DNA from: a virus
Taxonomy: Duplodnaviria; Caudoviricetes
Length of the DNA stretch: 41,653 nucleotides
Strand: one strand, 5' to 3'
IMG/VR virus record: IMGVR_UViG_3300034349_000003
Location: 1 to 41,653 of that record
The position numbers and the translations under genes were made by a program. Below the pieces are notes generated by a model. That model made no database searches. It worked only from the letters and a program-made list of their open reading frames with translations, and was not told where the DNA came from. Positions 14,055 to 23,195 of this stretch are shown piece by piece (position 1 is the first letter of the stretch; each line of letters begins with the position of its first letter).

Positions 14055-14963
14055 ATGGACTGGCTCGACATTGCTAAGGCGTTGCCCGTTGGTGGCAGCA
14101 AGAAGGTTGAGCATGACTGCGGCGAGGGGCTTCCCCTCGTCGTGTTCCATAACGAGAATGTTTATGGACGCTACTGCCATCGGTGCGGAAAGCTCCCTCC
14201 AGTTTTTAAGGAGTTGCCGACCCTCGCTGAGCGAGCAGAGAAGGCAGCTCAATCGAAGAACGCTGACGACGTAGTCGCAGCAGATCGCCGGCCACCCATG
14301 CCGGCTGTGTTCGACCCGGCCCTATGGCCGAAGGAAGCAAGGCTATGGCTATTCAAGGCTGGGCTCTCGATCCCGGAGATCACCGCAGCAGGGTTCTACT
14401 ATCACGAGGAAACACGGCGGGTCGTGATCCCCGTAGTCGTCAAGTCATCGCTAATATACTGGCAAGCACGCCGGATATTTGGATCTCATGCAGCGAAATA
14501 CTTGTCGATGCCGGGTGGCAGGAAGAATGCCATTCCCGTGTTTGGCAGTGGGCATGGGATCGTGCTCGTGGAGGATCTGTTGTCTGCGTACAAAATCCAG
14601 ACGGCAGGGTTTCGTTCGCTATGCCTGATGGGAACGTCATTGTTGCCGCAGCTATGGGAGTTCCTGTTGCATGAAGAAGAAATTAGTATCTGGCTCGATC
14701 CTGACGGTGCTGGGCGCACGGCAGCAACCACTATCCAGAAGCAGCTTGCTCTGGTTGGGAAGACCACACGCAGGATCGACACCGAAAGAGATCCAAAGTT
14801 TCAATCTAAGGCGGACATCGCCGCGCTGCTATCCGTACCATTTGAGTACGGTGATCTCGGCAGAGGTACGGAAACACGAGCAAGCTACGATGCAGCAGCA
14901 CTACAAGCCCGGAAGGACGCGGCCCGTGTTGCTCGCACGGCTGGCGAAGCTACAAGCCTATAA
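14055..14963 (+). CDS. DNA primase (Zn-binding plus TOPRIM)
   Basis: HDC...YCHRC zinc motif, YWQARR, TOPRIM motifs LVEDLLSA and WLDPDGAG. Confidence 0.9.
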   Translation: MDWLDIAKALPVGGSKKVEHDCGEGLPLVVFHNENVYGRYCHRCGKLPPVFKELPTLAERAEKAAQSKNADDVVAADRRPPMPAVFDPALWPKEARLWLFKAGLSIPEITAAGFYYHEETRRVVIPVVVKSSLIYWQARRIFGSHAAKYLSMPGGRKNAIPVFGSGHGIVLVEDLLSAYKIQTAGFRSLCLMGTSLLPQLWEFLLHEEEISIWLDPDGAGRTAATTIQKQLALVGKTTRRIDTERDPKFQSKADIAALLSVPFEYGDLGRGTETRASYDAAALQARKDAARVARTAGEATSL

Positions 14964-15016
14964 GCGCATGGCGCTACATGGGCACTCACGACGCAAATCC
15001 AAGCAGGAGACACGCA

Positions 15017-15262
15017 ATGTTGTTAGCACTCAGTTTCCTAGTGTCATTCTGTGCGGTATTCCTAAAGGGATTCCAGCACAAGAACGTCATCGGCATGCAC
15101 TACAAACTGGTGGCGGTCACTAGCTTCGCAATGGCTGCGTTCGACGTAGCTTCAGTATCCCTTATCGTAGCACAGGGCTGGTCCGTGGCCCCTGCTGCGG
15201 GTGCTGGGGCAGCCCTCGGCATGGTCGCCGCAATGTACGTTCACACGAGGTATGTCAAATGA
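15017..15262 (+). CDS. Small multi-TM membrane protein
   Basis: AGGAG RBS; three hydrophobic segments; ATGA overlap with the helicase. Confidence 0.75.
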   Translation: MLLALSFLVSFCAVFLKGFQHKNVIGMHYKLVAVTSFAMAAFDVASVSLIVAQGWSVAPAAGAGAALGMVAAMYVHTRYVK

Positions 15263-16545
15263 GTTTGGACATCACACTGCTTCAGATGATGAAGCACCGC
15301 AAGAAATTCAACAAGCTGATCCGCGTCGTCGAGACTCGGGCGGTGAGCCAGCAGACAGGGATCGTCATTGCTGACTTCAAGAAATACTTCGCAGATGTAG
15401 CTGACTGCGAGGTAATCCCGGTTGCCACGGAGTTCCATACGTGGTTCACGATGGTTGCGCATCCTAAGCTAGCACCAGAGCAGAGCGCGATCTATGCGCA
15501 GATGTTCAAGGCTGTGCAACAGGAGCCCGCCGAACTGGCCGAGCAGATGCTCATGGGCCGACTGCTGGAGACTAACCTTGCGCAATCAATCAGCGACGGG
15601 CTGGAGCAGTTTGCTCGCGGCGACGAGATTGATTTCCAGAAACGCATTCGGGATCTTCTTGGCAACTATGACAACGACGTTGCACGTAAGGTCAACTTGC
15701 CGTGGGTGCCCGTAGACGAATCACTGTTCGACGAGGACGTGCGCAATGACGGATTCCAATGGCGCTGGGAATGCTTGCAGGAGACTCTGCGGCCACTACG
15801 CGGTGGGGACTTTATCATCCTTGCAGGGCGCCCGGATAAGGGCAAGACAACGGCGCTTACGGATCTCTGTACGTACTTCGCTACCCAGCTTGATACGGTG
15901 TATAAGGGAAACCCAGACAAGCAGCGAATCATCTGGCTGAACAACGAGGGGCCGGGCAAGCGCATCCTGAAGCGGATCGTGCAGTCGGCGTTCGGTTGCA
16001 AGACCAGCGACCTCGTAGCTAAGCAGCAGGCCGGTACGCTGTGGACAGATTACGAGGCAGTAATCAAGGGGCACCGCACAACGATAAGCGTCGTGGATAT
16101 TCACGGCTTCAAGTCGTGGCAGGTGGAAGAGATCTTCAAGAACTTCCCGCCCGGTCTGGTAGTCTTCGACATGATCGACAACGTCAAGTTCGACGGGGAG
16201 ATTGGTAATGGTGGTCAACGAACTGACCAGATCCTTGAGACGATGTATCAGTGGGGCCGCGATCTGGCTGTGCGTTTCGACTGCCCAATCATTGCGACTT
16301 CGCAGATCAGCGCTGACGGCGACGGGGAGATCTTCCCTACGCTGCCTATGCTCAAGGACTCCAAGACAGGTAAGCAAGGGGCCGCAGACGTTATCATCAC
16401 TATCGGAACGTCTAACGACCCTTCGCTGGAGAATTACCGATTCATCGGTACAACCAAGAATAAGCTGCGCCTTGAGGGCAAGCCTCAATCACCGCGAGCT
16501 AAAATGATTATGGACGCAACAGGAGGTCGGTATGTATCAGCCTAA
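15259..16545 (+). CDS. DnaB-family (SF4) replicative helicase
   Basis: Walker A GRPDKGKTT, Walker B VVFDMID, ATSQ and KNK motifs. Confidence 0.93.
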   Translation: MSLDITLLQMMKHRKKFNKLIRVVETRAVSQQTGIVIADFKKYFADVADCEVIPVATEFHTWFTMVAHPKLAPEQSAIYAQMFKAVQQEPAELAEQMLMGRLLETNLAQSISDGLEQFARGDEIDFQKRIRDLLGNYDNDVARKVNLPWVPVDESLFDEDVRNDGFQWRWECLQETLRPLRGGDFIILAGRPDKGKTTALTDLCTYFATQLDTVYKGNPDKQRIIWLNNEGPGKRILKRIVQSAFGCKTSDLVAKQQAGTLWTDYEAVIKGHRTTISVVDIHGFKSWQVEEIFKNFPPGLVVFDMIDNVKFDGEIGNGGQRTDQILETMYQWGRDLAVRFDCPIIATSQISADGDGEIFPTLPMLKDSKTGKQGAADVIITIGTSNDPSLENYRFIGTTKNKLRLEGKPQSPRAKMIMDATGGRYVSA

Positions 16546-16759
16546 GTTGACCACGGACAAAGAAGGCATGAGCTGTACAACTGGCGGTGGATCGTTCGGT
16601 GGTGCCTACAAAAAGGGGCACGAGAGCTGGCGGCGCAAGCACCAGCGGGGCCGGTGGAACGTCCACATGATGGACAAGTTCGGCAACTCACGAGCGGCTC
16701 TGGTCGGCGTCAGCAAACGGCGTGCTAAGGCGGCGCTGTTGAACTGGTGCTCGAAATGA
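16532..16759 (+). CDS. Small basic hypothetical protein
   Basis: AGGAGG RBS; ATGA overlap with the polymerase. Confidence 0.7.
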   Translation: MYQPKLTTDKEGMSCTTGGGSFGGAYKKGHESWRRKHQRGRWNVHMMDKFGNSRAALVGVSKRRAKAALLNWCSK

Positions 16760-19086
16760 CATGGGCTACGCTTGACATCGAAACCACGATCAAGCAGAGC
16801 TTCAAGCGCAAGGCCAACGCGTTCGATCCAGAGAACTGGACGGTGTGGGTGGGCAGCGCGGTAGCCAACGGCCCGGTCGAAACTCAGAAGTTCGCAAGCA
16901 AGGAGGACAGCAAAGGCTGGTTCGCCAAGTGGTTGCACGACCGGCCTGAAGTAAAGGTGCTGATCGGCTTCAACATCAAGTTCGACATCCTGCACGCAAT
17001 TGCACAGGACGACATCAGCTACGCAGCCTACAAGAAGTGGATCGTCGATGGCGGTCAACTGTGGGACGTGCAGCTTGTGGAGTACCTACTGCGCGGCATG
17101 GAGCAGTCAGCTCAGATGCTGTCACTGGACGAGGTGGCCCCGAAGTACGGCGGCGTGCTGAAGCCTGACGTGGTCAAGGAAATGTGGAACGCTGGCATCT
17201 GCACAGTGGACATCCCGGACGACATCATGCTGGAGTACCTGCCGGGTGACATCAACAACACCCGCAAGGCATTCCTCGGGCAAGTGGTAGCGGCCAAGGG
17301 TGTTGGCCAGCAGAAGTCAATCATGCTGAACAACGGCGCGTTGGTCTACACCATCGAAGCCGAGAAGAACGGCATGATGATCGACAAAGAGCTTGGGTTC
17401 AAGCTGGCGGGCGAGCTGGAGAATCAACTGTCGCAACTGCTGGAGGAACTGGAAGGGCACCTGCCTAACGACGTTCCTTTCGAGTTCAACTGGGGCAGCC
17501 CGGTACAACTCTCGGCGCTGATCTTCGGCGGCGATGTGAGCTACGATGTCAAGGCTCCGATGTTCGACGAGAACCAGCAGCCGGTGTACTTCCAACTCAA
17601 GGAGAAGCATTACCTATGCGCAGACGGGAGTTCTATTGCATGCGACACCTACAACAGTCTGTTGATGGAGGATGCCCTCTCTGCGCCGACCCTGTCGTAC
17701 AGCATGTCAGGCAAGAACGCCGGGGAACCGAAGACCAAGCAGATGACCGTACCGGACATCGAGCGAGGTCAGAAGACTCGGATCGAAGAACGTGTGTATT
17801 CCTTCAAAGGTGTCACAAAACCACGTGACCAGTGGACTACCAAGAAGAAGGGAGTGTGGCAGACGAACGCCGGTGTAATCACCGCGCTCGGTAATCAGGG
17901 TATCCCGTTCCTCGAAAGCCTAGCGCTCCGCGCCAAGGTGGACAAGGATCTCGGGACGTACTTCATCCGTAACGACAAGCAGGGCAACCCTACCGGGATG
18001 CTGACCCTGATCCAGTTGGACGGCCTGATCCACCACATGATTAACATGACGAGCACGGTCACTGGCCGCTTCAGCTCGTCCAACCCCAACATGCAGAACA
18101 TCCCGAAGGGCGACAAGTCGAAGATCAAGGAGGTGTTCATCAGCCGCTTCGGTCCAGACGGTAAGATCATCCAGTCTGACTTCACGTCGCTGGAGATCTA
18201 CATCCAAGCCATCATCACGAAGTGCAAGCAGTTGATCCAAGACCTGATCGAAGGTCTGGACATGCACGTCTCTCGTGTTGCTTCGACGATGGGCATCACC
18301 TACGCCGAGGCGTTCCAGAAATGCAAGGTGGACGAGATCCCGGAATGGGTGAAGAAGCGCAGCAAGGCGAAGAACTTCTCCTTCCAGCGCGCATATGGTG
18401 CAGGGGCTCAGGCGATCAGCGACTCCACAGGGATTCCTCTGGACGAAGTGAAATTACTGATCGAAGCAGAAGCGATGCGGTATCCCGAGGTGGAAACCTT
18501 CTATGCCGACTTGATCGACAAGATCGCAGCATCGAAATCTGGTTGCCGCCGCGTCGTTCCACACCCGGACTTTCCTGCAAAGCAGGTGCCGTTGGGCATT
18601 GGTTTCTACAGAACTCCAGATGGCAAACTCTACTCCTATCAGGAGCAGTGCGCGCCGAAGTTTGTCGTGGAGCGGCAGGGGGTGTTCAGCTCGTTCTCAC
18701 CTACGGAAGCGAAGAACTACATTGTGCAGGGATCGGGTGCGGAGTGGGCCAAGGCGGCTTGCTGGCTGACCGTGCGCGAGTTCTACCGGTACGACAACTG
18801 GGGCCAACGTGCTCTCATTACCAACCAATGCCATGACGCCTGCTATGCGGACGCCCATGCTGACGTTGCTGTTGAGGCTGCGACTGTGCTGCACGCTTGC
18901 ATGGAACTGAGCACACCGTTTATGCAGACCTACTTCAAGTGGGAATGCCCGGTGCTGGTGCCGAGCGAGACAACGTATGGTGCTAACATGTCCATTGAGG
19001 ACAAGGTGCCAAACGTCAAGGCTAACGCAGAACTGCTGAAGCCTGAAATCTACAACCGCTATATCTCCCAATACGAAACCAAGTGA
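16756..19086 (+). CDS. Family A DNA polymerase with 3'-5' exonuclease
   Basis: ExoI LDIET, ExoII GFNIKFD, TGRFSSSNPNMQNIP, motif A DFTSLE, motif B RSKAKNFSFQRAYG, motif C HDA. Confidence 0.95.
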   Translation: MTWATLDIETTIKQSFKRKANAFDPENWTVWVGSAVANGPVETQKFASKEDSKGWFAKWLHDRPEVKVLIGFNIKFDILHAIAQDDISYAAYKKWIVDGGQLWDVQLVEYLLRGMEQSAQMLSLDEVAPKYGGVLKPDVVKEMWNAGICTVDIPDDIMLEYLPGDINNTRKAFLGQVVAAKGVGQQKSIMLNNGALVYTIEAEKNGMMIDKELGFKLAGELENQLSQLLEELEGHLPNDVPFEFNWGSPVQLSALIFGGDVSYDVKAPMFDENQQPVYFQLKEKHYLCADGSSIACDTYNSLLMEDALSAPTLSYSMSGKNAGEPKTKQMTVPDIERGQKTRIEERVYSFKGVTKPRDQWTTKKKGVWQTNAGVITALGNQGIPFLESLALRAKVDKDLGTYFIRNDKQGNPTGMLTLIQLDGLIHHMINMTSTVTGRFSSSNPNMQNIPKGDKSKIKEVFISRFGPDGKIIQSDFTSLEIYIQAIITKCKQLIQDLIEGLDMHVSRVASTMGITYAEAFQKCKVDEIPEWVKKRSKAKNFSFQRAYGAGAQAISDSTGIPLDEVKLLIEAEAMRYPEVETFYADLIDKIAASKSGCRRVVPHPDFPAKQVPLGIGFYRTPDGKLYSYQEQCAPKFVVERQGVFSSFSPTEAKNYIVQGSGAEWAKAACWLTVREFYRYDNWGQRALITNQCHDACYADAHADVAVEAATVLHACMELSTPFMQTYFKWECPVLVPSETTYGANMSIEDKVPNVKANAELLKPEIYNRYISQYETK

Positions 19087-19973
19087 GTAAAAACATGACT
19101 GCTACTTTCGATCTGAACGCAATCGCCAACGCTGTAGAAGAAGCTGCAAACACCTCCCCTGACATGAACGAATCGCAGGGCAAGGGCGGCGGTGACTACA
19201 CCCCTCCTGCTGCCGGTGGCTGCATCGTCACCCTGATCGGCTACATCGAGAAGGGCATTCACCACATCGAAGCCAGCAAGGTCGAGCCGCTGAAGTACCC
19301 GGCCAAGGACGAAGACCAAGTCGATCTGATCTTTGAGATCAGCGGCAAGGGCCACGAGCCGAAGGAGATCGAAGGCAAGCTCTACCCTGAGCGCATGACC
19401 GTCACCCTGAAGAAGTCTCTGAACGAGAAGGCGTGGTTCTACCGCATCTTCAAGCAGTTCACCTCGGCCTACCCGGAACTGGGCGCACGTCACATGGCGC
19501 AGTTCCTCGGCAAGCACTTCATCAGCAAGATCGAACACAGCGTGCCGAAGAAGGAAGGCGACCGCATCTACGCTAACCTGAAGCAGAAGGCTGCGGGCTA
19601 CGTGTTCAACGCTCCGTGCTTCACCAACCCGGCCACCGACGAGACTACCGTGATCCCGGCGCCGCGTGTACACAGCGCGCTGCGGCTGTTCCTGTGGGCT
19701 CAGGCTTCCCGCGAAATGTGGGACTCGCTGTACATCGAAGGTCAGTACGACGAGAAGAAGGACGAGAAGACTGGCAAGGTGATCTACCCTGCGAAGTCGA
19801 AGAACGTAATTCAGGAGAAGATCAAGGCGGCGAAGAACTTCGTCGGCTCGCCTCTCGCTGACATCCTCGGCACGGAAGAGTTGCTGACTCTGCCAGACAC
19901 CGACGCTGCTGCACTGGCCGGCACCGCGCCGAGCGCTGACGCAGTAGACGATGCACTCGCCGGTATCCTGTAA
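19083..19973 (+). CDS. Putative ssDNA-binding / replication accessory protein
   Basis: Sits between the polymerase and exonuclease as in phiKMV-type phages; OB-like core (YTPPAAG...) and an acidic-hydrophobic C-tail. Confidence 0.6.
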   Translation: MSKNMTATFDLNAIANAVEEAANTSPDMNESQGKGGGDYTPPAAGGCIVTLIGYIEKGIHHIEASKVEPLKYPAKDEDQVDLIFEISGKGHEPKEIEGKLYPERMTVTLKKSLNEKAWFYRIFKQFTSAYPELGARHMAQFLGKHFISKIEHSVPKKEGDRIYANLKQKAAGYVFNAPCFTNPATDETTVIPAPRVHSALRLFLWAQASREMWDSLYIEGQYDEKKDEKTGKVIYPAKSKNVIQEKIKAAKNFVGSPLADILGTEELLTLPDTDAAALAGTAPSADAVDDALAGIL

Positions 19974-20990
19974 GTGGATTGGCTAGCGGGTGCCATTGAA
20001 GCAGCCGCTGCCAGCGACGCGGTGCCACTGACGGTCTTACCTGATGTGGTGCCGGGGCGCACGCTGAATCTGGACGGTGACTATCTGGCCTACTTCATGG
20101 CCGGCAACGACGACACTGCGCTGGGCACAGCATGCGCTAACGCGCTACAGCGAATCATCAACTTCAAAGAAATGTCGGGGAGCGAGAAATGTACGCTTCA
20201 CCTTACGGATGGCAGCAGCGACAAGGCTGGCCGATACTTGATCGCCTCCTTGCAGCCCTATCAGGCCAACCGGGAGGGCAGCACAAAGCCCAAGAACTGG
20301 CGCGGACTGCGTGCGTTTCTGGAAGAACAGAACGCGCACTTCACACCGAAGATCTGGTACGACCGGGAAGCGGACGACGGTATGGCGCTGACACAGCACA
20401 ACGCCCTGCGGAACAACCGGGTTCATCTGGAAGTATCGGGAACTCGGGACAAAGACATGCGGCAGTACGGCGGCTTGCACATTGGCTGGATGGACTACGT
20501 CATGGTCGAGGTGCCGTGGGATGCGTTCCGCCTCGACGACCACAATGGTCTGTGGTATGGGCATGCGTGGTTGTGGGCGCAGTCGTTGCAGGGGGATTCG
20601 GTGGACGGTATTCCGGGCCTGCCGAAGTACCTCAAGGACAACGGCAAATATGGATTGATGGGGGACAAGACCGCAGCCAAGTTCCTCGACAGCGCGACAT
20701 CCGACGAGGAAGCTTTCCGAGTGGTGTCGAAGCTCTACGGCGGCAAGTGGCTGGGGATGTGGGGAGAAATGTTAGCTGAGCAGTTGATGCTGCTGTGGCT
20801 ACGTCGTGACGAGGCTTGTCACCCGATGGACTTCCTGCGGCACCTCAAGCTTGACCGCACCTCCGACAACTTCAAAGATCTGGCAGCGGGCGCGGTGATG
20901 GTGATGCAGCGCATGGCTGCCGCCAAGGAGCAAATCCGTGAAATTGAAGAACGCGCAAATCGCGCCAGTTCGCCAGCAGTTACTGGCTAA
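19974..20990 (+). CDS. 5'-3' exonuclease (T7 gp6/FEN-like)
   Basis: DGDYLAY, YQANR, EADD, DKDMRQ and GDSVDGIPG motifs. Confidence 0.92.
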   Translation: MDWLAGAIEAAAASDAVPLTVLPDVVPGRTLNLDGDYLAYFMAGNDDTALGTACANALQRIINFKEMSGSEKCTLHLTDGSSDKAGRYLIASLQPYQANREGSTKPKNWRGLRAFLEEQNAHFTPKIWYDREADDGMALTQHNALRNNRVHLEVSGTRDKDMRQYGGLHIGWMDYVMVEVPWDAFRLDDHNGLWYGHAWLWAQSLQGDSVDGIPGLPKYLKDNGKYGLMGDKTAAKFLDSATSDEEAFRVVSKLYGGKWLGMWGEMLAEQLMLLWLRRDEACHPMDFLRHLKLDRTSDNFKDLAAGAVMVMQRMAAAKEQIREIEERANRASSPAVTG

Positions 20991-21321
20991 GCAGGGCCGC
21001 ATCTGTTGCGTGTGCAACATGCGGATCGAGGTGGGCCAAGATGTACTGGATCACTGTCACTCTCACGGCGCTCTGCGAGGTGTGCTTCACCGTAGCTGCA
21101 ACGCTCTGCTGGGTGTACTCGAAAACAACCGGGCACGATACGGGCTGGGTGACGACACACAGTTCTATGCGTTCCTGCAAGGGGCCGGTGCCTACCTCCA
21201 GAAACACGTAATGCCGCAGACCAAATGGCTGCACCCAACCTTCCTAACAGAAGACGAGAAACGGCTGAAGCGCAACGCTACGGCACGTAAGAAACGAGCA
21301 ACCACCAAAGGTACGAAATAA
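20938..21321 (+). CDS. Endonuclease VII-like Holliday junction resolvase
   Basis: CxxC...LDHCH..G..RGVLHRSCN motif. Confidence 0.9.
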   Translation: MKLKNAQIAPVRQQLLAKQGRICCVCNMRIEVGQDVLDHCHSHGALRGVLHRSCNALLGVLENNRARYGLGDDTQFYAFLQGAGAYLQKHVMPQTKWLHPTFLTEDEKRLKRNATARKKRATTKGTK

Positions 21322-22286
21322 TGCGCGGCTCCCTAATGCGACTGTTCACCAAGTCCCAGCACGAAGACATCCTGTCCTCGTACTCTTGCAACGTCGCTGC
21401 GGCTGCGGCGTACAGCAAGAAGGGCAACACCAAGGTGACACGACAGAACGTCAAGTATTGGCGTCTGCTGTTCATCGACAACAAGGGCAACATGGCGAAG
21501 ACGGATCGCCAACTGAAGGAAGTGCGCAAGCTCGACCAGCAGATCCCGTTGACCTTCGACGCACGCTTCAACCCGGAGCAGGTGTACAAGTGCATCCTGC
21601 ATATCCCGGACCAGCACGCCCCCTACCAGCACCCGGACGCACTCCGCTTCCTCGGTGCCGTGAAGGAGAAGTGGCAGTTCGACCTGATCCTGAACGCCGG
21701 CGACGAGCTGGACTTCCACGCTATGAGCTTCCATGACAGCGATCCAAACTTGGACAGCGCTGGCCGTGAGCTGGAGCAGGGCAAGAAGTGGCTGCACAAG
21801 CTGGCCAAGATGTTCCCTGACATGCTGATCTGTGACTCCAACCACGGTAGCATGACCTTCCGCCGCGCCAAGGCGCACGGTCTGCCTGTGCAACTGATCC
21901 GCACGTACCGCGATGTCGTATTCCCTGACGGCGGTGGCGACGGCTGGAGCTGGGCAGAGAGCTGGCGTGTCAAGACCCCGATGGGTGACGTGCTGTTCAA
22001 GCACCAAGCCAGCGGCGGCATCCTCGTTGACGCGGCGCACAACGCCTGCAACCTCGTCGTTGGTCACAACCACGGGAACTACTCGATTGAGTATACCGCA
22101 TCGTCTGCGCACCTGTACTGGGGCGTGTTCGGCGGCTGCCTGATCGACAAAGACGCCTATGCCTTCGCATACGGCAAGCACACGCTGCGCAAACCAGTAC
22201 TGGGCTGCACAGTAATTATCGACGGTCGGCCACAACTGGTGCCTATGGTACTGAATCGTAAGGGCCGCTGGAATGGGAGCCTGTAA
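21321..22286 (+). CDS. Calcineurin-like metallophosphoesterase with an N-terminal HTH-like region
   Basis: DxH (PDQH), GDxxD (GDELD), SNH, H and GHxH motifs. Confidence 0.85.
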   Translation: MRGSLMRLFTKSQHEDILSSYSCNVAAAAAYSKKGNTKVTRQNVKYWRLLFIDNKGNMAKTDRQLKEVRKLDQQIPLTFDARFNPEQVYKCILHIPDQHAPYQHPDALRFLGAVKEKWQFDLILNAGDELDFHAMSFHDSDPNLDSAGRELEQGKKWLHKLAKMFPDMLICDSNHGSMTFRRAKAHGLPVQLIRTYRDVVFPDGGGDGWSWAESWRVKTPMGDVLFKHQASGGILVDAAHNACNLVVGHNHGNYSIEYTASSAHLYWGVFGGCLIDKDAYAFAYGKHTLRKPVLGCTVIIDGRPQLVPMVLNRKGRWNGSL

Positions 22287-22793
22287 ATGTCTGTGAGACT
22301 GATGTGCTACCGGGAGAACTGCAAGCACCTATGGAACAGCCGCGACAGGGACGAGAAGTACCCGCACTGTCCCTCGTGTGGTTGCAGTAACGTCTATCAA
22401 AAGGCGTTTGAGCGTGCGGAAGACTACAGACGAGGTGGGCGTGAGGCGGTCACTCTCGACCCAATTACGCCCTCGGCACCCAAGGGCGACCCTGCACAGG
22501 CGTTCAAGAGCGACGCCGGCAAGGTGCAGTACAACTTGCTGGAAGACGGCTGCGGCGTTGCCCTGAACTACATCGCTCAGGTGATGTCGTGGGCCGTCGA
22601 GGTCAAAGGCTACCATCCGCACAGTTGGCGCGAGGTTCCTAACGCGATCACCCGATACCGGGCTGCGCTTGGCCGTCACCGCAACGCAATTGCACGAGGC
22701 GAAGTGCTGGACCCGGAAAGCGGCTTGCCGCACTGGGCACATGCCGCTTGCTGCGTGATCTTCCTTCTGGAACTGGAGAACTTCAATGTCTGA
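22287..22793 (+). CDS. Zn-ribbon plus dATP/dGTP diphosphohydrolase-like (DUF5664-type) protein
   Basis: KSDAGK..YNLL...W...RY..A..RH...DPESGLPHWAHAACC pattern; N-terminal C-x4-C and CxxC. Confidence 0.75.
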   Translation: MSVRLMCYRENCKHLWNSRDRDEKYPHCPSCGCSNVYQKAFERAEDYRRGGREAVTLDPITPSAPKGDPAQAFKSDAGKVQYNLLEDGCGVALNYIAQVMSWAVEVKGYHPHSWREVPNAITRYRAALGRHRNAIARGEVLDPESGLPHWAHAACCVIFLLELENFNV

Positions 22794-23004
22794 CGCATTC
22801 ATCAAAGCAACGAGCACTCCCGACAGTACCCGCAGCGAGTACCAGCAACTGTCGGACCTGTTGTCGATTGCGGTCGATACCGGGAACCGGGACTACGCCG
22901 ACGAGGTGTACGCAACCGTGCTGCGATCTCCGGGCCTGACCGAAGAACAGCGCGCTGAGCTGTTCCGTGACTACAACGAAGCAGTAGAAGCCGGGGAAGT
23001 CTGA
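22786..23004 (+). CDS. Small acidic hypothetical protein
   Basis: GGAG RBS; 72 aa. Confidence 0.7.
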   Translation: MSDAFIKATSTPDSTRSEYQQLSDLLSIAVDTGNRDYADEVYATVLRSPGLTEEQRAELFRDYNEAVEAGEV

Positions 23005-23195
23005 TGAACTGGTACACCTACTCGTTAGGCGGGCGATTTACGATCATCGTTGCCGAAACCCTTCAGGGTGACGGGCGGGTGTACTGCTACCGATATGCGG
23101 TGGCGACCAACGAGATTCAGTACCGTGACCTGCCGTACATCATCCAGCACATTCAGAAATCACTCAACAAAGGTATTTATCATGGCGTTGCCTGA
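23004..23195 (+). CDS. Small hypothetical protein
   Basis: TGATG overlap with the upstream gene; 63 aa. Confidence 0.6.
   Translation: MNWYTYSLGGRFTIIVAETLQGDGRVYCYRYAVATNEIQYRDLPYIIQHIQKSLNKGIYHGVA

Noticed and set aside
18222-18836. Long +2-frame ORFs inside the polymerase and exonuclease (also 20189-20779)
   Set aside because: Expected when third positions are GC-rich; the products are low-information and Arg/Gly-rich.
22287-22793. Z-genome (2-aminoadenine) or 7-deazaguanine modification system
   Set aside because: No PurZ, DatZ, DpdA or Que/FolE-like genes are visible anywhere in the genome.
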